From positions 265,112,001 to 265,176,000 of the forward strand of contig OZ024740.1 of NCBI GenBank assembly GCA_964016885.1: a stretch of DNA of 64,000 bases. The letters are read 5' to 3'. Within the stretch, counting starts at the first letter, position 1; each line of letters starts with the position of its first letter. The stretch is from Eledone cirrhosa. Taxonomy: Eukaryota. The position numbers were made by a program, and so were the translations under genes. Under the pieces are notes generated by a model, which saw only the letters and a list, made by a program, of their open reading frames with translations, had not been told where the DNA came from and made no database searches. Positions 52,698 through 64,000 of the stretch are shown here, piece after piece.

Positions 52698-53122
52698 CCT
52701 GTTAAATCAACGTGAGGCATACTTGGATCCCGTACTGCCGAGCTTCTCTGCAAGATCGGAGGAGGGAGATCGGAGGAGGGAGATCGGAGGAATGCTTTCG
52801 CCGTCTTGTCCGCGCGGCACAGCACCCCTGCCCCCTTGCCCTAGGCCCAAAGACCAATCATCCTCCCCCATCACTGCCCTCTCTTCTGCGACACCAAAGC
52901 TCTTACCATTCCTTCCCATTCCCGTTCCTTTTCAACTTTCTTTCCTTTTGTTTCCTCTTTTTTTATTTTTTATTTCTAAATATGGTTTGTTTATTCAAAG
53001 AATAAGGAGAAGTTTGGTGACAATTAAAGTATTTTAATACTGACTAGATCTAAGATAATTAAGAATGTAATGCTGAAGGCGTTGACACCATTTCTTAATT
53101 CACAATTCTATTATTATACCAT

Positions 53123-53537
53123 GGTGGTGGATTGGCAGTATCGGTAGAGGGTCTGACGCCATGCTTTGCAGCAAAGAGTTACGGCCTTTTATGGTCAGAA
53201 TTCAAATCCGGCCGAGGTTAACGTTGCCTTTCATCGTTACGAGGTCGATAAAATGAAGTACCAGTAATGCACTGGGATAAATGCTGGCATTGTTAAAAAT
53301 TAGAAACAATTATACCATTAATTATTAGTATCATAATGTATAACATTTGGTGGATTGGCAGTATCGGTAAAGGATCGGACGCCATGCTTTGACGTATAGA
53401 GTTACGGCCCTTGCCATTCTGAGTTCAAATCCCACCGAGGTTAACTTTGCCTTTCATCCTTACGGCGTCGATAAAATAAAGTACCAGTAATACACTGGGA
53501 TAATTCTTGGCCTTGTGCCAAAAGTGGAAACAATTAA
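53123..53537 (+). mobile_element. Two tandem Deu/Nin SINE copies (53123-53312, 53349-53537)
   Basis: Both begin ggtggattggcagtatcggta and end gaaacaatta. Confidence 0.85.
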
Positions 53538-53659
53538 TTTAATATTTCTATATGTACAACGGATTTTAGTGATAGCTTTTCTCCTGTGTTTTAATTATTG
53601 ATCTCAGCTACCCTAACATAAACTTTAGTTAATTTACGTATACTAGTGTAGCCTTAACG

Positions 53660-53845
53660 CAACTCTCTGTGAGATTCAGCACGACGAGGTGTATGGCAAT
53701 GTTTGTCATTTAAATTACTGGTAAAACTCATTATTCCCTACTGAGTGGACTAAAGCAACAGGAAAATAAAGAATCCTGCTCAAATATACAACTCACTGCC
53801 GGGAAAAGAACTTATGACATTACGATCATGAGTCGAGCCCCCAAC
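53660..53845 (-). mobile_element. Degenerate CORE-type SINE
   Basis: Similar to 13550-13685 (ctgagtggact..agcaac, tgctcaa, aaccacta). Confidence 0.5.
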
Positions 53846-54444
53846 CACTAAGACATACTACCTTAGTGCATGGTATTGTCTCCTAACTACTGGTGGTGTC
53901 GTAGATCACCGTAGTGTCATACGGCGTTTCTTGGGCATTTAAAACCTGGCGAAGCCCATTAATCTCCATGTCTGAATATTGCAGATTTCTTCCAAAGAAG
54001 GATAGAAAGTGAGAGAGAGGAAATGAGAAAGAGATATAGAGGAAGAATCGACCCCAGTACTAGACTGGTACTTTTATTACCAACCTCTAGGGCTTGTGTA
54101 TATGTATGTGTGAGGTGTGTATGCGTGTGTAGTATGCAGTGTGTGTGTGTGGTTTTATAATCAATGTGGTGAAAGAACTATATTATTATATAATACCGAT
54201 TTTATGAGTTAGGTCGGGTACCGTCTGGTTTCGTACATGAACATATTATTGTATTTGCACTTATTCATTTCTACATCTACTCAATATTCCCCGGGCTTTG
54301 ATATTTACAAATGGCTAATCTTGAGAAATGAGGAGAACACGACGATTACATTCAATAAGTAAGCTGCATCGTGGCAAATGACGCGTCTCCTTTTTTTTTA
54401 AATTATTGCTTAAGGTATCGTTGTCAAAATAGGTACATGCGATA

Positions 54445-54633
54445 TAATTGTTTCTACTTTAGGCACAAGGCCAGCAATTACCCAGTGCATTACTGGTACT
54501 TTATTTTATCGACCCCGTAAGGATGAAAGGCAAAGTCAACCTCGGCGGGATTTGAACTCAGATCGTAAAGGGACGTAACTATGCTGGAAAGCATGGCGTC
54601 CGACCCATTACCGATACTGCCAATCCACCGCCC
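54445..54633 (-). mobile_element. Deu/Nin-domain tRNA-SINE with TSD
   Basis: catgcgatataat at 54436-54448 and 54633-54645. Confidence 0.9.
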
Positions 54634-54658
54634 ATGCGATATAATATTGTCTGTTAAC

Positions 54659-55205
<547 letters not shown>

Positions 55206-55251
55206 TCTGCATATATATCTATATATATCTCTATATATATATATATCTGTA

Positions 55252-55324
<73 letters not shown>

Positions 55325-55900
55325 CGTTTACCCTTACAAGGGTAAATTAGAGAACATAGAAATAAAAATAGAATCCACACACAGAAAAGATGCAATGTTT
55401 AGGCAAATTACAGAGGCAGTAAGCATAAAAGAATTACAACCAAAATTAAATAGAAAATATGAGTGGAACAGCAACATCACAACTTACAATTGAGGACAAA
55501 ATGAAAACACACACACACATAGAACAAACAACCAACCAACAACATGTAAATAAATAAACAAATAGATAAATGAACACAAACACACACAGACACCCGGATG
55601 TGGCGCATGCACAAACTGAGCACACAACACACACACAGAAACAAAATGGCGTAGGACAGAAGAAAGGAAAGGCACAGAAACAAAGAAAGGAATCCCCAGT
55701 CACTGAAGAGGTCATAGAGTGTGTGACGAAAGGACTATGACTATATATAAACAACTATCTGGTTGTGGAACCAACCAACCAACCAGAAATTTATAAGCTT
55801 GTAGATTTGTAAATTTATAAATTTATAAATATATAATAAATTGAAGTGAAAGCAACTGGTGCGTGTGTTTCCTATTGGCAACATGACCCTCCCAAAGTAT

Positions 55901-55905
<5 letters not shown>
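55325..55905 (+). mobile_element. PLE 3' end (family B)
   Basis: [44 protein letters not shown] plus pLTR, flanked by (TA)n. Confidence 0.85.
55698..55742 (+). ncRNA. Minimal hammerhead ribozyme (family B)
   Basis: AGTCA-CTGAAGA-G-GTCATA gagtg TGTGAC-GAAA-GGAC-TA-TGACT. Confidence 0.75.
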
Positions 55906-55977
<72 letters not shown>

Positions 55978-56008
55978 CAAAATTGTCGCTCTACAGGGCT
56001 GAATACAA

Positions 56009-56406
56009 TAAACGTAATCTGAGATTTTCGAATATTAATAATAATATTCGATTCGTTTGCATTTATGCAAACAAGCCTCATTTTGAAAGCCATGTAAGTA
56101 GAATGAGTCCCTCATTCTTGCTCTTGTGTTGGCATGTATACAGAACTGCACACACTAATGATTCTGGGTATCACCCTTCATCAGTACAGCTCACTGTCCA
56201 CCTGCCAACTGTCAGAGCTACTGAAAATATATGGTATGTTAATATAAAATATATAGTGACTGATCGGCCTGATTTTCATATGTTTACATGCCAACACAAG
56301 AGCAAAAATGAGGGGCTCATTCTACTGACATGGCTTCAAAAATGAGGCTTGCTTGCATAATTGCAAACGAATAGATTATTATTAATACTCGAAAAACTCA
56401 GATTAC

Positions 56407-56411
<5 letters not shown>
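56009..56411. repeat. Inverted repeat (~130-bp arms) with degenerate hammerhead in the spacer
   Basis: Arms 56009-56140 and 56283-56411. Spacer minus strand: CTGTA-CTGATGA-A-GGGT gat ACCC-A-GAAt...TGCAG. Confidence 0.8.
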
Positions 56412-56485
<74 letters not shown>

Positions 56486-56846
56486 TATTTAAATCTCTTC
56501 AACTTTCTCAATCACGTCATCAGAAACTGTTTTTAGACAACTCAATCAGAGAAACAATTGTTAGAATGTAAATAAATTCCCCTTTTTTGTAGTGTTGACC
56601 ATGTTATTCTTCACATGTTTTCAATTTTATTACTCCAAGATAAACTTACATAGGAATATAAGTTAAATCATAAACTCGCCATCTACGTAAACCTCTTGTT
56701 GAGTCAAACAAAGCCGCACGCTAAAACTATCCATAATAAGAAGTATTCACAACCTCTAACTGGATTACCTATATTGATATTTTTTATCCCTTATATATAT
56801 CTATCTATCTATCTATCTATATATCTATCTATCTATCTATCTATCT

Positions 56847-57834
56847 GGGCGCCTGGCACACTGAGTGTGCCCAGGCGCTCACCGCCGTCTGGCAGGCGGA
56901 TCCGGTTATCAGTGGAGACTCCACCGCAACATTCTATAGAGGGCTGGTACGCAGCAGGTGCGACGACGCCCTCGGAGAAGCCCTAGACATGGAGGAGGAC
57001 GAACTGGCCAGCCTGTTCGGTAGGACATTCAGCCCGGGACCTATGGACAACTTCCAGAAGTCCCTGGCCTGGCAGTGCTACCGAGGGGCTTTACCCGTTC
57101 GAGAAAGGCTCTACAGACACGGGCGCCCGGGTAGGGACCCCGCCAAAAAGATCTGTCCCAGATGCGTGTGCGACGAGGAAACCGTTGCACACGCATTGGT
57201 ACACTGCTCGGGCGTAGCCGATCTGTGGGGCTATGTCGAACAACTGCTGTCAAGGGTGGGACCGATCCGGTTGACCACCGAGTCTATTGTAATGATCAAG
57301 CCGCCTCCCCCCTTCAAAGATGAAGCAGAGGCGGTGTTTCTGTGCGTAATAGCCATGGCGAAAGAGGTTGTATGGTGGACGCGTCTGAAAGGACTGAGGT
57401 CAGGCACCTTTCTCTCTGGCCAACAACTGGTCCGTTTCTTCCGTTATCATTTCGGAAGAAGGATCAGGATGGAGAGAGAGGTGCTGCACCCCAGCCGTTT
57501 CTATGAAAGATGGGTGAAAGTGGCGAGAATGGCCCGTGTGAATGGGCCTTCACTCTACATCAGACTATAGGTGAGGAAGATGAAAGACCAAGGGAGCACC
57601 CCTTCTCTGTGCTCCTGAGGAGAAGGGTTGCACACTTTTTTCGGGGGTGTGTGCGACCCCCCAAGGCGCCTCCTATCTATTGAGGATTTTGTTATAAATT
57701 TTATTTTTTGTTATATCTTATTTTATTTTTATATTTTGTTATTGCCTCCTCCTTATTGAGGACGCCTTTTTGTGTAAACTCCCCCCTTTGTACTTGTCCC
57801 ACTTTTGATGCCCTAGTGGCAAATAAAAGAAACA
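56847..57834 (+). mobile_element. 5'-truncated Tx1/L1-clade LINE 3' end flanked by (TATC)n
   Basis: ORF 56989-57570 with CPRCVCDEETVAHALVHC Zn knuckle, homologous to 48770-49232. 3' UTR hairpin gggttgcacac/gtgtgcgaccc, AATAAA at 57822. Confidence 0.9.
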
Positions 57835-57921
<87 letters not shown>

Positions 57922-59162
57922 AGATAGATAGATAGATAGATAGACAGATAGATAGATAGATAGATGTTTTTGTATATAAATATACATATAATAATGATAA
58001 GTATAAATCAAGGTTGTAGCCGTAATGTAGTAATGTAGCAGGTACCAACTGAATTGTTTGAGGTAGACACAAAGCACTCCATGATACGAAGATTCAATGC
58101 ATTTTTGTCCAGAGTGAATACAGAGTTAAGGTGTAACACAAAGAAAAGTGACCAAATGCATATGGCCATACTTATACCACAACCTGGATAAATACAATCA
58201 GGTCGAATACTAATGTGGGCCGTCTCGAGTATACACACCACTCACTCGGCTGTGCTCACTTTTAACAAACGTTCGAACACACTCGCTTTTTTTCAGACAC
58301 GCATACGTAAATTCACAAACAAACACACATCTACACATACACACAGATCTTACCTTCCACCATCCCCTCCTGTTGTCTGAGTATTTTGCTTCCACCTCCA
58401 CTCTTTCCACCCTTCTGCCCCTCAACCCACCAACACACACACTATTACACCGATGCCATCCCACCACCATCCAACCGAACTATTACCCATCTCTACCACC
58501 TTTATTTTTACATAAAATTTGCTTATTTATATTTATTTTAATTTTAATTTTTCTCTTTATATTGTGTTCTTTACTATGTAACTTCCCTTTTTAACCCCTC
58601 GCCCCACTTTCTCGCTCTTGGAGTTCCTGTTTTCCCCCTATCCGAAATTTCTTGGTGACGGACATATATCCGAAACGATGAAACCTCCTCCACTTCCACC
58701 AAACATGAAGGTAATATAATTGTGTACAAATGCCTCCTGTGTTTTATTCGTTCATTTCAACTATGTATGTATATATATTATACACACACACACGCGCATG
58801 CACATGTGTGGGTGTATATGTGTGTGTGTATGTATATATATACATCCACACATACAGGCACATACACATATATATATGTGTGTGTACATGTACATATGTA
58901 TGTATATGCGCGGGAACATATAAATAGTCGGGGTGGACACCCGATCGCGCGGTTAAAACACTGGGAGTGAAGGAGCCCTAGCCTTTGTCAGGGCATTCTT
59001 CAGGAGAAGGTAATTCAGGAAACTGGGATGACTCCGATATAAAATTTTGATCTTTTCTTTTTTCAGGTTATAGCAAGTGTCGCTCAGAGAATATGATTGG
59101 CTCAGTCTTTCCTCACTTTAAAAAATATCTTCACGCCCAGGCATTGCACGATAGAATTAATT

Positions 59163-59346
59163 AATTCTTTCTACTTTTGGCACAAGGCCAGCAATTATCC
59201 CAGTACATTACTGGTACTTTATTTTATCGACCCCGTAAGGATGAAAGGCAAAGTAAACCTCGGCGGGATTTGAACTCAGATCGTAAAGGGACGTAACTAT
59301 GCTGGAAAGCATGGCCTCCGACCTTCTACCGATACTGCCAATCCAA
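59163..59346 (-). mobile_element. Deu/Nin-domain tRNA-SINE
   Basis: Matches the family consensus. Confidence 0.85.
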
Positions 59347-59425
59347 ATTAATAATTATTAATAATGGTATATCGTGCAACGGCCATACTCGATAACGAGG
59401 AGGCAGCCATCATCATATATGTGTG

Positions 59426-59459
<34 letters not shown>

Positions 59460-59461
59460 TG

Positions 59462-59550
<89 letters not shown>

Positions 59551-59555
<5 letters not shown>

Positions 59556-60190
59556 ATATTAATAAATAGAAACTATATTTATAAAACCATTTTTATTTTA
59601 TTATACATATTTCAAGGGCAACCAAGGCAAATTATGGTGCGCTTTCATCAGATAAAATACAGATTTGTTTAATTAAAAGCATTTCGAAGACCTTACGCTA
59701 TTATTTTAGAGTAGTGACAGTCTCACGTACTTTAAATTTTCAAGCAGAAATTGAAATTTAGAATTGGTGCTCTGAAATAGCGATATATGTATGAATGTAT
59801 ATATATAATATATTTTGCAATGCACTGTATGCTTAATTAAAAGCATTTCGAAGACCTTACGCTATTTATATATATATCGCTATTTCAGAGCACCAATTCT
59901 AATTTTTTATTTCTGCTTGACCGGCAACCGCTCTGTATAATCAGTTCCTGATTATTACTAGAATTCTATAAGAATCAAACATTCAGGATTTTCAGCAAAC
60001 ACGTGGAGTACTTAGCTTTGATAAGTACCAAAAAGTACGAAACAGAGTTCTGTCAGCTTTATCTCCCCTGTTTGCTGAAAATTTAAAGTGGGACTGTCAC
60101 TACTCTAAAACAATAGTGTAAGGTCTTCGAAATGCTTTTAATTAAGCATACAGTGTATTCCAAAATACACTATATATACATTCATATATA
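59551..60190. repeat. Family D pLTR piece fused to a nested direct/inverted repeat mosaic
   Basis: aattaaaagcatttcgaagaccttacgctatt at 59671 and 59835, inverted at ~60112-60143. 59740-59788 is inverted at 59872-59920. Confidence 0.75.
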
Positions 60191-60556
60191 TATATATACA
60201 TTTACATATATATATTTGTATGTGTATTTATCATTTTCAATAATTTCAATGAATGGATAACACAGTGTAGAGAGTGTCAAGCTTTAACTTGTAGTAAATC
60301 TACGATATTGAGTCGTTTTATCTCTAGTTTGTTCATTGAAATGTTCACATACATGAACGCAAACACAGACACAAGCATGCACAGACACAAACTGTTGTAT
60401 GTGTGGCTCTGTGCGTATGTCACTTATATACACTAATAGATACATATATCCATAGAGGTGCGCATATACAAATATGTAATGCATATATATATATATATAT
60501 ATATACATACATATATATATATATACACATATATATAAATATATAAATATACATAC

Positions 60557-60673
<117 letters not shown>

Positions 60674-60692
60674 CATATATACATATATACAC

Positions 60693-60750
<58 letters not shown>

Positions 60751-61195
60751 GTGTGTATTTATATAAATATATATGCATATATATGCATATATATGCGTGC
60801 AACTTTGTGTTTGTGTGTGTTGTGCGTAATCTTTTATTATTGAAAAGAATGGTTGGGCATATTTACTAACGTTAATGACAAGAATATGAACTCTCAAGTA
60901 TTATTTCGCGAAGAAAAAGTCTGATAATTGTCCGCCTATTCATCCGTAGAATGTCATTGCTTTTCTGTCTTTTCGTCCACAGAAACGCCTTAGGCTAGAA
61001 TATTGCTACAGTCAGTTTTGTCTGTACGGACCAGTAGAGCGCACTGATGTAGAAGGCTATTGGTCAAGTGGAAAATCGTAGTAAAGGGTTGGCTTTAGAC
61101 TAATGGTATTTAGATTAGAAAAAGAAAGACTTAGAAACAATCAATAGTTAACATATATAAATAGAATGGGAAAGATTAAGAACATGTGAGAAAAT

Positions 61196-61291
61196 GGTAG
61201 ATAGATAGAGAAGTGGATAGATAGATGGAGATAGATAGAAAATAGGTGGATTGATAGATAAATAGATAGATAGGTAGATCGATATACATAC

Positions 61292-61331
<40 letters not shown>

Positions 61332-61347
61332 ATAGATATATATATAG

Positions 61348-61443
<96 letters not shown>
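61196..61443 (+). repeat. (GATA)n microsatellite, one of dozens of (TA)n/(CA)n/(GA)n/(TTC)n/(CAT)n tracts
   Basis: Read directly. Other long tracts include (TG)n at 14003-14074, (CA)n at 14318-14446, and mixed TA at 60480-60790. Confidence 0.95.
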
Positions 61444-61446
<3 letters not shown>

Positions 61447-61741
61447 GGAGGTATACACATATAGATGGATAGGTGGATTGGTATTTAGATGGCTGGAGAG
61501 ATACGTAAGTTTGTAAGCCGTAGAAGTAGTGGTGGTTGAAGAGTGAGTTTGAGTAGAAGGATTTAGAAGAAATGAAATAAAGTCATTTACATTTTAGTGA
61601 TAAATACGTACAAAGCAGAAAGGAGGAAGAAACAGAGGCAGAGAGAGTTTGAGAAACATAAACAAGGTTAAATTGATGAAATGCTGTATTCATGTCCCTG
61701 AACCTAAGTTTTTGAATGTATGTATGTGTGTGCGTATATAT

Positions 61742-61786
<45 letters not shown>

Positions 61787-61869
61787 CTGAATACATATAT
61801 ATATACATAATATATATATACATATATATATATACCTATATATATATACATATATATATATACATATAT

Positions 61870-61964
<95 letters not shown>

Positions 61965-62741
61965 GGTGTTGTGTGTGTGTGTGTGTGTTTGCTTATTTAT
62001 CGTGTATTACTTCAACATGCATAAAAATGATTGTTATATAAAAACATTGATATCTGTATTTCTCATTCACCAACGTACCACATACATAATGTGTACACAC
62101 ACACACACACACAATTATATGTATATATATATATACACACACACACCCATACCTATATAGATATCTGTGTGCATATATATATATATATACACACATACAC
62201 ATATATACTTATTTCATTTGTTGGGCTGTGTCACTGCCATTAAGGCGGTAGACTCCTATATTGACCGCAGTATTTCGTCTTATAATGATATCAATAAATC
62301 TCTTAGATACGAAATGCATAACGGACATTGGTTTGAGTAGATATTTATGTATGAATGCACCTGTTTATATACCATACAGTCATACACACGAACACTCACT
62401 CACAAGCATATCAGAAGTGTGTGTTTTGCTTGTATGTGTTTGTGAGTATATGTTTGTTGCACAAAAGGTGTTAGCTGGTGTTACAGTCAGTGTTTTTTGA
62501 ACATTTGTTTGTGCTTGTTGTTTATTGTTGTTAATGTTGTTGTTATTGTTGTTGTTGTTGTTGTTGTTGTTCTTCTTCTTCTTCTTCTTCTTCTTCTTCT
62601 TCTTCTTCTTCTTCTTGCCATATCCCTCCTTTGAGACCTGGAAACTATATTTATTGGAAATCAATATGTAGCTGTTTGTTACTGTCGTTGTTATTTTAGT
62701 GGTACTCATTTTGTTAGTGGTGGAGCTGTTTCTTTCTGTAA

Positions 62742-62914
62742 TAACTGTTTCTACTTTTGGCACAAGGCCAGCAATCATCCCAGTTCATTATTGGTACTTT
62801 ATTTTATCGACCCCATAAGGATGAAAGGCAAAGTTACCCTCGTCGGGATTTAAACTCAGATCGTATAGTGCTGTAACTAAAGCATGGCGTCTGACCCTCT
62901 ACCGATACTGCCAA
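62742..62914 (-). mobile_element. Deu/Nin-domain tRNA-SINE
   Basis: Matches the family consensus, slightly diverged. Confidence 0.8.
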
Positions 62915-64000
62915 TAGTGTTGTAATAATTGTTTACTCTTCTAACTCCATTAGCTCTTCTTTGTTCTCTATAGATTAAATTCATATGGCTTTTTAGCCAT
63001 ATGAATATACCAATTAACTCTACATCAATTAATAACTTACCATCTTTAAAATGAAGAATACGTTGGATAGCTATTGAATATTCTCATTATAAAACGGCGA
63101 TCTGCATTCTCAGAGAAGCCGGATATATATATATATATGAAACATCTGCATTGGTAGTCAAGGAATCAGGCAACGGGATCTAAATATCTCCTTAGAAGAA
63201 AAACGATTACGTAAAATATCACATGCAAGTAATATTCTAAATAAATGAATACATGCATAAATGGAGAGTACAAAACAAAAACACGCAAAAATAATATTGT
63301 ATTAAATAGAAAACTCACAACATTAATCTTTAAAAAATATCGCAATAGTGGCTTCAAAGAAGCTTAGAGACTAAGACTTATAAAGGCAAAACAAAAGCAG
63401 TGCATAACATTCTAATGTTATATATACGTTATCGCTATAAGAAAAAGTATTTTTTTGATAAATAGATTGGAAGGAAACCGCAGAAACAATTAGTTATAAC
63501 GTCTGTCTTAGCAAAGGCTGAAAGCAACATCAGGTACTACAAACGTACTAAATGCTTACACAGCAGAGTGTACCAGTAGCAGTAAAAAAAAATTACTGAC
63601 TAGTACAAATTAAGTTACACTAAAATATATCATGATCACTCGAATATGAAATATAACAAATATTGTAAATGTAGTATTGCCGAATGATTAATACGGTCAC
63701 ATCGTAATCAACATTTTCTAGGTTCGATTTCAGTGAGTGGCATCTTCGAAATGTGTCATTTACCATAACCTTGGGTGGTTCCTCACTCTTAAATTTGGTT
63801 GATGGAAAATGTTTGAATTGAACCTGTAGTTGAAAAGACTAGCCTTTGAATTACAGTCAGTTAAAAGGATAATAACTTATTGGCCAATATAAAAGGCAAA
63901 TGAACGCAGGATCCATTTGAACTTTAATCCTTTAATGTTAAAACCGGCCCAAACCGGCCAGAATTCTCTACCTCTTTTTGTTGAAACTGGCTGTAACTGG

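Noticed and set aside
63920-64000. piggyBac-like terminus (ttaa-tccttt)
   Set aside because: Only one imperfect end at the window edge, so it cannot be supported.

Overview
AT-rich, microsatellite-dense eukaryotic DNA. The (TA)n/(CA)n load and the SINE repertoire suggest a mollusc, probably an octopod cephalopod (inference). I find no intact host protein-coding gene, and most listed ORFs are microsatellite translations. The window is almost entirely transposable elements: (1) a full-length but pseudogenised autonomous Helitron (18372-25063) with STPR-like repeats, plus three non-autonomous Helitrons; (2) many Penelope-like elements (PLEs), including a GC-rich Neptune-type copy, two Naiad-type copies, GIY-YIG fragments, and short non-coding pLTR elements, often with inverted (snap-back) ends and sitting in (TA)n; (3) Tx1/L1-clade LINE fragments, one flanked by (TATC)n; (4) about 13 copies of a Deu/Nin-domain tRNA-SINE, plus CORE-type and RTE-tail SINEs. 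The main hidden signal is about 25 type-I hammerhead-ribozyme motifs, roughly 16 with an intact CUGANGA/GAAA/UH core. They come from several unrelated families, mostly carry palindromic stem-III loops that differ between families, and several have unusually long stem II. All structures were read by eye and not computed. Element edges are approximate unless stated.
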